Part shown: positions 27,190 through 39,077 of the stretch, one piece after another | Position numbering within the stretch: position 1 is the stretch's first letter | Layout: each line of letters begins with the position of its first letter | Assembly (NCBI RefSeq): GCF_036321535.1 | Contig: NC_087436.1 | Location: 72,790,001-72,854,000 of the forward strand | From: Camelus dromedarius | Lineage: Eukaryota | DNA length: 64,000 bases | Reading direction: 5' to 3' | The notes under the pieces: model-generated | Database searches by the model: none | Told to the model about the DNA's origin: nothing | The model's input: only the letters and a program-made list of their open reading frames with translations | Position numbers and translations under genes: made by a program

Positions 27190-27530
27190 CATTCCATACA
27201 CTAGAGGTGGAGATATAATGCTCAGAAAGATAGGCTTACTCACTGCCATCCTGGGGTTTACAGTCTAGTGGAGATTTAGTCAAGTTACCAGGCAATAACA
27301 TTATCACCCTGTAGTGTTATGATGTAGTGTGTACAGAGACCTCAGGGAACATATAGGATGCACATCTTGTGGGTTCCAGGAGGCTCACTGGAAGAAGAGA
27401 AGGGAATTCTGATGATGGTGCTGAAGTAACCCAAAAAAGACAGGAGCTAAGAAAAGGAAAGAAGATAATTCAGGCAGATGGAAAAGCAAATACCTAAAAG
27501 CAGGAGAGCACTAGCTTTATAGATGGTCAA
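27190..27530 (-). mobile_element. L2 fragment
   Basis: cactgccatcctggggtttacagtctagtggag...caggaggctcactggaagaag. Confidence 0.65.
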
Positions 27531-28040
27531 GGATGCCTATAAAATGAGTTTCAATTCAAGTCCTAGAGTATTCCGTCATGACTTACAAGATTACAATCAT
27601 ACGAGAAGTAGTTGGCAGTTATCTTTGTCTGAAAGTGGTACTTTTGATCCACAAGATTATTAGCAGACACACCAAGAGTACGATCAGAAATATTCTGATA
27701 CCAGTAACTATAAAGATACAAAGTTAGAAGTTTCATTTCAATACCATTAAAGATGACACACACAAATGGTTAACCCCAAGATCACCCCAATATGTTTAAT
27801 CCTCTGGATAGAATGTCATGTACAAAGGAAATGACAAAGCTCTTTGGAAGAGTGTTACATGTATCCTCTTTGTCGGGTTAAATCTTCCTTCCTCCCTAGT
27901 CACTCCAACAAAAGGTATTATTGTGCACATATTCTAGATAATAAGAAATACAAAAAAAAAATTATTAAATGGCATAGTTTTTGGCCCCCAAATGGACATT
28001 TTTCTTGGAAATGAAGGTAAATTGATATAAAAAAGCAGAA

Positions 28041-28624
28041 GATAATTAGCAATATTGAGCATCTTTTTCAAATCAAAACTACAATGAGGTATCACCTCAC
28101 ACCAGTCAGAATGGCCATCATTCAAAAGTCCACGAACGATAAATGCTGGAGAGGGTGTGGAGAAAGGGAATCCTCCTATACTGCTGGTGGGCATGTAGTT
28201 TGGTGCAGCCTTTATGGAAAATAGTATAAAGATTCCTCAAACAACTAAAAATAGACTTAACATATGATCCAGCAATCCCATTCCTGGGCATATATCCAGA
28301 AGGAACTCTAACTTGAAAAGATAAATGCACTCCAGGGTTCATAGTAGCACTATATACAATAGCCAAGACACAGAAACAACCTAAATGTCCATCGACAAAT
28401 GACTGGATAAAGTTGTGGTATATTTATACAATGGAATACTACTCAGCCATAAAAAGGAATAAAATAATGTCATTTGCAGCAACATGGATGGACCTAACGA
28501 TCAGTCAGTCTAAATGAAGTAAGCCAGAAAGAGAAAGAAAAATACCATATGATATCACTCATATGTGGAATCTAATAAAAGAAAAAAGAGGACAATAATG
28601 AATTCATCTACAAAACAGAAACAG
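28041..28624 (+). mobile_element. Young L1 fragment with short 5' inversion and no distal 3' UTR or poly(A)
   Basis: 28041-28068 is the reverse complement of aaaaagatgctcaatattgctaattatc; sense L1 from 28069; stops at caaaacagaaacag. Confidence 0.9.
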
Positions 28625-28699
28625 TTTGGCTTTATTACTAAAATTAGTAGGAGGAGGATGAAGACCTCTCACTGAGTTGATAGCATGCAGTAGATAGAG

Positions 28700-29200
28700 T
28701 TATATTAATATTGCCCATAACAAACAAATCTTTTTGTAAATGTCATTTTAACACTACATCATATTTTCTCAATGATCCCTCTATTCTTGGATCTTCTTGG
28801 TTTATTTTTTTAATCATTCCCTGAAAATAGAGTCTCAGAAATGGAATGACTGTTTCCAAGGATATGACATCATAAAGATTTGGTGTCAGAACTGCCAAAG
28901 CTTCGTTGAATGGAAAAGCTCCTGCTGCCTTACTCTCTCACTCCACTTCCACATGAGACCTCCCATCCTGCTGTACTGTCACCCACCCTGAGTGATGTCC
29001 GTTTTTATAATCTTTGCCAATTGTAGCTCACTGTCCTGCTAAACTGTACTTAGCTCATTGTTATTGAGGTTGAATATTTTTGAAACATTCTTTTGGGTAT
29101 TTTTTTTTTAGCATGTATCCATCTAGTTCTTAGCAAAACTAAGAAAACTTAAGGTTTTTCCTTTGATCTCCAGGAACTCTTTATACACTAAGTATATTTC
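28700..29200 (-). mobile_element. Very old L1 fragment
   Basis: gagtctcagaaatggaatgactg...tttataatctttgccaatt...tgaggttgaatattttt. Confidence 0.6.
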
Positions 29201-29739
29201 TTCCTATTTCATAAAGTATAGTTTGAATAGGAAAAAAACCACGTGACATAAAAGTGAGCACAGAGCAGCTAGTTTTCCTTCCTGAACCCTGTAACTTTTG
29301 AGATACTTAGGTAGCTGCAAGTGTCATTTTTCCTCTTAAAAATCAGGTTCTAATTTCTACTTTTCTGTTACCGTTCTTGATTAGAAAGTAGTTCTTGAGA
29401 GATTAGACAACACCTCATTGGTGAGAAGTGCTAACCAACAAGAAGTCAATTTTGAAATTGTATATGACCTCTTGCTTTAATGAAATGAAATCACTGCTTT
29501 TAATGTGACACCTCTTTGACATTAGAGGTCTTTCACTCTTTTTCCCAAAGGCATTTCACCCTCACCCCAAGATGTCCTGGGCAAGATTCAAGAGCTGCCC
29601 CCCTCAAAAGCATGCCCCCTTGACTCTGACCTCTCTCCCTTTTATTTTTATAGCTGTGTTTCCAGAGATTGTCCTGGAACGTGAGGTGAATACCCTCACA
29701 TTTAATCTCTCTTCAGATAAAACTCATCTGGCCTGGCAG

Positions 29740-30110
29740 TTGTAATTTTAAAGAGCTTGCAGGTTTTAATGACGGCTTTATCGCTACAAAACCAAGATGT
29801 GCGAATAGCAAGCCCTCCTGATATAGCCGCACCCTTTTTGTTGAAACACTTCCCTTGTTTTATTAAGCAAGGAATGTTTGTTTAGTAAATCACGGACTTT
29901 TATGAACAATGATACATGGTTCAATATTGTGTAGCATTTCCATGGACGTCTAAACACAAAGCCATCTTCAAAGAAGCAGAGGTCCCCAGGTTTGTTTGGA
30001 AAGAAACATAATTAACACGTAGCACAAGGCCACATTTAATCAGCACAGGCTTTGGGAACAGGGTGTGTTTTCTGTATGTGGCAGTGCCTTTTATAAAAGC
30101 AAAAATACTT
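29740..30110. promoter_or_regulatory. Candidate conserved developmental enhancer
   Basis: Unique sequence with locally retained CpGs and abutting FOX, PBX-HOX, HOX and SOX motifs at 29858-29911. Confidence 0.4.
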
Positions 30111-31499
30111 AACTTGTTGGAAATGAGGTTCTGCTAAGGGATTTTTCACCAAAGTTGCTTTTGGTTTTGTTTTGCCTTGTTTTGTCTGTTTGTGTCATAC
30201 TTAGTCTGTCCTCATCGAGGACATGGGGCAGAAGTCGGGAGGTAGATGATGGAGGTAGATGGTGGGGTGACACTGGGTGGGAGTACAGTGAACAACAAAC
30301 TAGAACAGTGGTATAGACTAAATGAAAATTCAATACACTCCTTTTTTACAGTTGTCCGAGAGGGTGGTTGAAATGAATTTGAAATTACTTGGATGTGGAT
30401 CCCAGCCCTTGATGTGAAGGAATGGATGTTATTCATTTTCAAAAAGCATAGCATTAGAAACAAAGTCACCCGTTTACTCGTTTGACTTATAGATTGTAAC
30501 TGCTGCAAGCCCAGCGCTGCCCACCTAAGGCGAATTCAGAAGCGAGGAAGTCCAAGTTCCTGCTTGCATAGCACATTCAATCTACTTTAAAAATAATTCC
30601 CTTCCTCTCTCCCTTCCTTCCTTCCCTTTCCATACCAAAAAGGCAGTTATAAGAGAGTGGACACAAGGGTCCAGGAGGATGGGGGACAATATTCCCATAA
30701 AACTTTAAACTCCTTGGACCTCAGACCCCTTTATGCTGAAATAAAAGTTACAGTATGTAACATAAGGGGGAATCTGAGAAACAAAGTAAATATCTTCAAG
30801 GTGGCCCACAGAAAGCAAACACTCAGTAAATACAGGTTTAAAATGTTGTCTTTCATTAGGCAGAAAAGGAAAGACATGTTCTCCAGGCTGAGGGAATGTC
30901 CTGTATAAAACGTGCCAAGACAGGAGGTTTTGTTCAGAATCATTAATGCTTCATTATGCTTCTTGCTCAACAGAGAGATGGTACAAGATAGAAAAGAAGA
31001 AGCAGGCAGCTCTCAAGGGCTTTGGTTTCCTTGCTAGGGTGCTTGGGTACGATCCAGCAGGAGGGGGGTTTCAGCAGGGAAGCAGTGTGACTGTTTGTAT
31101 GGAAAGTGAATGACGCTGAAGCCAGGATGATCAGTTAGGTGTCTGTTAGAGCAGTGAGAGCCAACGAGAGACAGACATATGACTCTGGATAATAGGGATA
31201 GAGATTTGCGGATGTTTAAGAGAAAAAGATAAATATGACTTGCATAAAACAGATGTTCAACAAATCTTATTTCAAAAAACTGGATGGACCACCAACGTAG
31301 TACTGAGTGTCAGAGTCCCTTCTGACCCTCCACCCCCTCGCTTTCATGTCACTTATTCTCAGGAGGAGCTGAGAAACATGAAAAGCTACTGGTATTTTTG
31401 TTTGTCTTACTAGCTCAGTTAAGAAAAGAGGGTTACTAAGATTCCACTTTTATTCTAAGTCTGGTGTATAAGGAATCCTCTATGTTTTTCATAGGAAAG

Positions 31500-31620
31500 T
31501 GTTCCAGCCTCTATTGAGCTCAACAATCCTATGAGTAGATGTTATTGGTGCCACTTCACAAATGAGGAGCCTGAGGATCAGAGAGGCTTGGTAACTTAGC
31601 CAAGGTCACACAGTCAATAT
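31500..31620 (-). mobile_element. MIR SINE
   Basis: caacaatcctatgagtag...aaatgaggagcctgaggatcagagagg...taacttagccaaggtcacacag. Confidence 0.85.
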
Positions 31621-31669
31621 GTGACTTTCTATCACAAGATACCAATCGAGTGTAGTCAACAACTTACTT

Positions 31670-31840
31670 CTCAACACTAGTTCAAGATCAAAATTATTAG
31701 GGGATTTTTTTACACAGAAATGTTTAGGTACCATCATAGACTTACAAAATCAGCATTTCCTGGGGGAAAGTGGGGGCATCTATGCTTTTTAAGATATCTT
31801 TGAAAAATTTCATGTGTGAGCAGAGTTGAGAAATTACTTC
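31670..31840. mobile_element. MER5-like MITE
   Basis: atcaaaattattaggg...aaatcagcatttcctggggg...atctatgctttttaa...gttgagaa. Confidence 0.55.
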
Positions 31841-32060
31841 ACAGAGGTAAGAACAAAATTCCACTCACATTGAAAAGTGAAATGAAATGAAAGGATTTAT
31901 ATCCTTATTTATTGGTTGGGAGGATTATGGATTATACTTCTGTGTAGGGCTTATGTTCACCTTTACAAGCAGATCATACACTATCAGAAACAGTGAACTA
32001 CAGCAGGGTGGAAAGAATTAAATTTCACGTCTTCTCATCTCAGATTAACTAATAAGTAAA

Positions 32061-32449
32061 TGTGGTACACAGTGCTCCAACAATTCTCACCTCAGATGTG
32101 AATTGATAGATAGGACACTTCCAGATTAGAAGTACCCATCATGCGCTGACACCGATCCAGGGAGTTTCTCCTCCCCTTGGGAAGGGAGATTTCTTCTCCC
32201 TTTGGGAAGGTGGAATTGGGATGAAAACCAGGAAGTGTGACCCCAGACCCTTCCCTCCCTAATGAATATTCTACCAACTCATTTTTACACTCTGTGTAAC
32301 CAGCTTGCCAAAGAAACTCAGCACAGCTGCTCACCTGAGCCTGCCCGCTCTCCCCTTGAGAGTGCCTATCCCTTTTTCACTTTCTTAACTTCCATGTCTC
32401 ATCTCTGAATTCTTTCTGCTACGAGACAAGAACCTAATCGCTGCTAACA
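32061..32449 (+). mobile_element. ERV1-class solo LTR
   Basis: 3' end ctgaattctttctgctacgagacaagaacc...taaCA is typical of ERV1 LTR U5; 5' boundary uncertain. Confidence 0.65.
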
Positions 32450-32489
32450 CAAGAATCGAAACTAAAAGCTCTAAGTTTGGAGTCAAAAT

Positions 32490-32718
32490 CTTTCCCTCTC
32501 TCTATCCATCTTCACATGGCCAGCTCCTGCTGAATCTCAATGAATCAACTCAAAGGAGCCTTACCTGACCTCCATGCTATTTTAGAGGTCTCTCTGTCTA
32601 GAGTATAAGGTCCCTGAGGACAAAGGCTGCTTCTTATTCCACTTTATAGTCTCACACTCTAATGCAGAGCCTAGCACAGAATAAGAGATCACTAAAGATT
32701 TGCGGAATGAATGAATAA
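32490..32718 (+). mobile_element. L2 3' end
   Basis: ctagagtataaggtccctgaggacaaagg...gagcctagcacagaataag...ttgcggaatgaatgaat. Confidence 0.8.
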
Positions 32719-32805
32719 AAGGAAGGAAAGAAGAGAAGGAAGAAGGAAGGGAAGAAGGGAAGTAGGAAGGTAGGAAAGAAGAAAAGAAATTGGGAAGAAA
32801 GGAAA
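32719..32805. repeat. GA-rich (GGAA-like) repeat
   Basis: Seen directly. Confidence 0.9.
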
Positions 32806-33494
32806 CTAGAGATTTCCTTCAGAGATTATTGTCAACACAACTTCTCTCCAATCTGAAGTATGGTGCAAAACAACTATTCTAGTAATTAAAAATAAAGAAG
32901 CAACAGGCAAATACATTACATCAGATCCCTAGGAATGTAATAAAGTTGGAATTTCTTACAAGATTTTTTTTAATTGCATATGCATTTACTTTCATTTCAG
33001 CTAAATAATTTACTTACGGACACCAATAGGTAAGAAAAGGCAACAGTGCCTCCCTCAGGCCAAAAGCAGCAGCTTGGGAAGCAGCCAAGATTTCCTTCTC
33101 ATTGGCTGAGCACTCAGGGAGATCCCAGGGAATGACTAAGACAAAAGGCAGGTGCCTGCACAGGATGGAAACTTGAAGGCTGAGGGCAGAGGGTGGGTGA
33201 GGAATTAAAGGGTATAAGAGAGACTCTTCCTTTCATGTTCCTTTTTCACTTCAAAGCACTAAATGCAGTTTAGTTACAGAAAATACAGTCTTGGCGATTG
33301 CAATTGAGCAGCTACACCAAAGATACTACAAAAACTTAAATAAAATAAAACAAAAATATGCTGTAGAGAAACAGTTGTAATATTTAATTTTAATATTAGA
33401 AACTGAGTAGATGCATTGGATACATCCTTGGGTTAATACCCATGAAAGTATGAGGACTGGATTTTCAATTGCTGCATTTTCATTGACTGCTAGG

Positions 33495-33570
33495 TTATCT
33501 GGCATAGAGTAGTTGGTAAATGTTTACTGAACAGATGAACGAATGAATGAATGAATGAATGAATAAATAC
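33495..33570 (+). mobile_element. L2 3' tip with (GAAT)n
   Basis: tctggcatagagtag...taaatgtttactgaa...gaatgaatgaatgaatgaat. Confidence 0.75.
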
Positions 33571-33929
33571 AAATGCCTATGTGTTTCTTTAAGATGAAAC
33601 TCCAAAATAGAGATCAGCGCACCTGCCTGCCTGACAGCTGACTAACGTGCATCCCTGGCTTCTCAACTGGGACACTTTGTGCTGAGCCTTCTGTTCTCAG
33701 CATCGTTGTTTATTATGCTTTCTTATTAAGAGGTTAAACCAGCAAAATAGTATTAACAGTCATTAGCCTTGGAAATTAAGAGTAGGCCCAAGCACAATTT
33801 AGTACTTCCTAATAGCCCATGATGAAGACAGGAATCATCAAAAATAAGTAACCCATTAGGTTGAGAGGATCATTGTCAACAGAAGCACTATCTCCTCATC
33901 TGCCGGGTGTGAGTCAGCCGCCGGACTTC

Positions 33930-34665
33930 ACCTATGCCCTACATGGCAAGAATATGCTCCGATGCTTCACGGCCTCAAATCTCCTACCCAACCTTTGTCC
34001 CTTCAGCTCGGCTCAGGACCTTCACATTTACTTCACTAAGGACGTACAAGTTGCTGAGAATTTCCTCACCTCCCAACTGTGCTCTACAAATGCCCCTGAG
34101 TGCTGCAGTCCTCTTGCCCTCTTCTCCTTTGTCCCAAAAGAAGATGAGCTCCCTCCTTTGGCTGAGTGGCACTCTGGACTTCCTTCCCCTGCAAGCTCCT
34201 TTCCCACAGCCTCATGACCATCACCATCCCAGCCCAGTCACCCTTCAAATCACAGCACCCTTGCTTGGTACCCACCATTCCACTAAAACTGCAACGATAA
34301 ACATTGTCAAGGACTTCCAACCCAATAGGCTAGTGGACTCATCCACCAGCGTTTATCTTTCTTGACATCTCCCTCCACTGCTCCCTTCCCTCCAGCAGTG
34401 AAGCACTCAGAAAAGGCACATCACATAATCTCCCCTTCTCGCTCTACTCTGAGCACCCAGGTAGAGTGACTCACCCCCCCCTATCATGAACAAATTTCTG
34501 CTTATGCACTTTCAAACTATACTTTAATTCATTTGTTTCCATTTCAGTCTTCTTTTTCAGATTATGACCTTCTTGCAGGCAGAGAAAATGTCTGCTGTAT
34601 CTTTGCCTTACAAGTGCCTAGCACAGCACTTGGCACATGGAAGATGACCCACAATACTTTAATAA
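33930..34665 (+). mobile_element. L2 internal and 3' fragments
   Basis: gaccttcacatttacttcact; ccaccattccactaaaactgc; gtgcctagcacagcacttggcacatgg. Confidence 0.65.
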
Positions 34666-34999
34666 AAAAGAGAAAGAGGGAGGGAGGGAAGTAAAGTCTG
34701 AAGGCCATCTAGATATATCGCATGAATTCATTGATTTATGATGTCTGTGTATATAATGCAAAAAGACGTATTACCTATACCAGAGATGACTCTGTGTTTT
34801 AGGCAGCATGGAATTTCAGAGCATTGGATTTCCTTAAAGGTTATTTTAAAGTGAATAGAGAGAAAGGAAGTTGAAATCATTTGTCAAAATCCACACAACG
34901 AATTAGTGGAAAAACTCAATCAGGACTCCACAACTCCAAATCCAGTGCTCTTTTTGTTCTGCTACATATGTACTTCCTTAAAAAATCAATTGGTTAATT

Positions 35000-35895
35000 A
35001 ACTAATTAATAAATAGCCTTTAAAATATTGGTTGAATGTTAAGCATCAGGATTGTTCCAGGTGCTCAAGGAATAAAACAATCATGGTCTCTGTTCTCATG
35101 GGGTAGACAGACAATATACCAACACAAATAACAAAATGTCAGATAATAACTGTTAGGGTGAAAAATAAAGCAATATTAAAGGACAGCTAGTGACTGGGGA
35201 GACTGCATTTTTTTAGATGAGCTGGTAATAAAAACTTCTCTGAGGAGATGATATTTGAACATAAAATTGAATTATGTTTTGAATGATTTAAGAAGCCCAC
35301 CATGCAAAGATATAAGGGAAAAGCAAAAATAAAGACCCTGAGATGTGAATGATCTTGGTGTGATTGCAAGAGAGTCATGAAAGATAGAAGCAAAACAGGG
35401 TGTTAAGTGATTCTGGCAGCAGTCAGATCATGGGAAGTCTTGGAGAGCACAGTAAAGATTTAGATGTGACATTGATATTATAGGTTTGGGGTTGAGAATT
35501 AATGCAGTCTGGTTTCTGCTTTAAGATCAGCCTAGCTGCTGGAGGAATTGACTGTAAGGGGGTAAGAGAAGAAGTACAGAGATCATCTAGGAGGCTAAGG
35601 CAAGAGTCCATGGGAGAGACTGGGAGACGGGTCAAGGCAGAGCAGCACAGGCTGGAGAGCGGCCAGATGTGGATGCATTTTGAAGACAGATCTTAGATTA
35701 GTCAGCTGAAGGATGTATGAAAGGGGGGGATCAAGCAGGACTTCTAAATGTTTATCCAGACAAACCTAATCAATGATAGTACTATTTGCTGACACGAAGA
35801 AGACGGGGCAGGTAGCAAGCGGTTTGGCTGTCATGGAAGCAAATCAGGAATGCTGCCTGGGACACATAGGTTGAGGTGTTTTTTGGACATTTAAT
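35000..35895 (-). mobile_element. L2 fragment
   Basis: ttctctgaggagatgatatttgaac...ttaagatcagcctagctgctg...gatgtggatgcattttgaag. Confidence 0.85.
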
Positions 35896-37340
35896 CAATA
35901 GATCATTTTACCTTTCATATCTGTTGTTGCTGAGAGTGATTCAGTTTTGTGGATGTTTTTAAAATTTTACTCTGTGTTATTGACCCAATGCCAAGTGCTC
36001 AGAAGGAAAAACGCTGGCTTTCCAGAAGTATCCTCTCAAACAGCCAGGAAAACAAGATGCATTCAAAGGCAAGCATCAAATCAACATCTATGAATCAGTT
36101 TAAGCCTCAGATTATGTAAATGTACACAGTACAGAACAGAGTACAGCCCCCCACTGTCCCTTAAACTTTATTTTTGGGAGTCACCTTCCTCTGGCCCTGA
36201 ATGAAGAATTGAGTGAATCCATGACTTTTCTAGTTACACTTAGATAAGATTTCAGATCAATTTTACTCAGAAAATAGTCTGCATTTGGAACTTAAAATGA
36301 CCAAAATCCATGCAAGAGTGAACATTCTGAACTTAGTTTAAATGTCCTCCCATTCCCCAGCTCAAACCTGATTCTGGCTATTCTTTCACTGGACCAAGCA
36401 GGGGAGGGAGGGGAGATTGAAGAAGACGAAGAGGCTCCCACTTGGCTGAGAGACTTTGGACTCTCAGCAGCGGGAAGCTAAGACTGTCCAGCTCAGGGGG
36501 CAATCTTCAAAACCCTCCAGCACGTCCCTGGACCAAGGCAAATGCTTCTCTAGGAGGCTGGTCTCTTGAACCTCCTTCCTCCTTGGGCATCCAGGAGCCC
36601 ATCTCTCTCTCCCTTTGGATTTCCTGGTGGGAAGAGTCAAGCTCTGTCCAGAGTCCCTCTCAGCTTTCCAGGCATGAGCTGGCGCCTGCTCTCTGTGAGC
36701 CTATTTCCTAGTTCTCTGACTGGCCCCCTGAAATCCATTTCTAGACTAGGGTTTGGATGATAGAAGCCCCATTATCCTGCTACTAAAGAGAAAGAGGATG
36801 ACGACTCACTGCTATCAGGGCCATACATTTCGGAAAGAGTTGCCTTTACCAATCTTATAGCCACAATCCCTCAACAACATCCCCCTCACCTGTGACCCCT
36901 TTTCGTAACCCGTTTAACTGAAATGGCAAAGGTGTTGGGCAGCTTCTCTTGGAGATCATTCTCCTTGTAAATATGCATATAAAGCATGGGAAGTTAGCCT
37001 CACGCCCCAGCTGAGTATCCGATATTTAGTTGTACCAATGCGTTCAAGTCTGTGTGTGTGTGAGAGCGGCTGTAGGAGGAACATCTCCACAGGAAGTAAG
37101 GCAGAGAGCTTCTGTCTGATGCTCTGAGTCTGCCTCCCAGTCAGAGCTATCTTCTCCTGTGTGCCTTTGATGACCCGCTTCCCTTTCCCTGTTTTGCCCA
37201 CTAATTACCAATTTTCATCAACTGATTTACAGTAGTTAAAAAAATTAACCACAAATACATCCCCCAGCATAAGCATTCGATTAAAAAGGTGGTTTATAAA
37301 ACAGTACCATTTCCATTTATCTCTCTTTTTGTGTTTCAAG

Positions 37341-37499
37341 GTCTCTGTAGCTGTTCCCTTTTGCCCATGTAATAGCTTGAGTAATTTCGCCCTCTTCTGG
37401 TGAAGTCCAAGTCCTGCAGAGTAGAAGACGGCAGTCGCATTTTGGACCATGTCTTTTCCGTATTTTACTCCCTAGATGTTTGGGTCTACCTTCTCCGTG
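37341..37499 (+). other. Candidate non-coding exon (159 nt)
   Basis: ttccatttatctctctttttgtgtttcaAG| acceptor; GTG|GTGAGT donor; stops in all three frames. Confidence 0.35.
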
Positions 37500-37709
37500 G
37501 TGAGTCTAAACCTGAGTGATATGAGTGTTTCCAATGACTTTTAAATCTTTACGTTTCAAGTAATTTTTATCATGTGAAACATTTTGTTTGAAATTAATGT
37601 TAAGATCCCATCTCAGTGCAAAGCTGTGAGACACATGTACAGTTTCTCTCTTGTTACGCGCACCTGAGACGGTAGAAGTAAGCCATCTCCATTTTCACTC
37701 CCTGCTTTA

Positions 37710-39077
37710 CCTTTTTTAATTGAACTTTTAATTTTGAGATAATTATAAATTAACATGAAGTTGTAAGAAATAATACAGAGATTCTGTGTACCCTTCATTG
37801 AGTTTTTGCCAGTGGTAACATCTTACAAAACTATAGGATAATGCAGCAACCAGATTATTGAGATTACTGCAGATGGAGACATTGAGATATACAGAAAATT
37901 CTCATCACCATAAGGACCCCTCATTTTGCCCTTTTTTTGGCCACACGCTTTGCCCTCCTGCCCTCACTCACTGTCTGGAAGCCACTAATCTTTTCTACAT
38001 GCCTATAATTTTGTCATTTCATTTCAAGAATGTGATTCTGTAAATGGAGTCATATAGTATGTAACCTTTTGGACAAGGCTTTCTTCACTCAGCATAATGA
38101 TCTGCAGAATCAGCCAGATTGTTATGTGTACCAGTTTGTTCCTGTTCCTTGCTGAGTAGTAGCCCACAGTATGACTGCACCACACGTTATCCATTCACCC
38201 AGTGAAGGACACCTGGTTTTTCCAGTTTGGGGCTATTGAAAATAAAGCTGCTATAAACATCCATGTGTAGGTTTTTGTGTGAACATAAATTTTTATTTCT
38301 CTGGGATAAATGCCCAGGAGTGCAACTGCTGGGTAGGTACTTGCTTAGCTTTTTAAGAAACTACTAAACTGTTTTCCAAAGTGGCCATACTATCTTGTAC
38401 TCCCAAAAGCAGTGTCTGAGCCATCCAGTGTCTATGCATCCTCGCCAGCACTGTCACTGTTCTTCATGTTAGCCATTTTGATAGATTGATACTTACATCA
38501 CATTGTGGTTTAAATTGGCAGTTAACTGATGGCTATAGGTGCTGAGCATCTTTCCATGTGATAATTTGCCATTATCCCCTTCAAAATTGTCTCTTCATGT
38601 CTTTGGCCTATTTCCTGATTGGTTGGTTGGTTTGTTTTTAACTTTTGTTTGTTTTAGCTTTGAGAGTTGTTTATATATGCTAGATACTGGCCCTTTGTCA
38701 GACATGTGGTTTGCAAGTAGTGTCTCTAAGTCTATAGCTTGTCTTTAAGTTTTTAATGAAGTCTTTACTGAGAAAATGTTTTAAATTTTGATGAAGTCAA
38801 ATTTATCAATTTTGCCTCTGCTGGACCATACTTTTGGTGTCAAGTCTAAGAATTTTTCGCCCTAGATCCCCAAGAATTCCTCCTGGTTTTTTCTAAAAGT
38901 TTTATAGTTTTATGTTGCATGTGTAAGACTGTGACCCTTAATTTTTGTATAAGATTTGAAACTTAAGTTGAGGTTCATTTTTTTGCCTCTGAATGTTGAA
39001 TTACTCCAGCATCTCCTGTTGAAAATGCTTTCCTTCCTCCATTGATTTTTGCCCCTTTGTCAAAAATCAGCTGGGCA
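37710..39077 (-). mobile_element. Old L1M (L1MC-like) 3' end
   Basis: ttttaattttgagataattata...gttgtaagaaataatacagaga; ctgggataaatgcccaggagtg; ctttgtcaaaaatcagctgg. Confidence 0.9.

Noticed and set aside
30509..30535. CTCF-like GC-rich word
   Set aside because: Needs a gap and several mismatches to fit the core motif
33861..34365. 118 aa and 143 aa ORFs
   Set aside because: They lie in C-rich L2 remnant sequence
36445..36470. 8-bp-stem hairpin gctgagag/ctctcagc (similar 7-bp stem near 44657)
   Set aside because: Too short for a pre-miRNA and expected by chance
36956..37450. Tandem minus-strand ORFs as a possible processed pseudogene
   Set aside because: No recognisable parent protein, poly(A) or TSD
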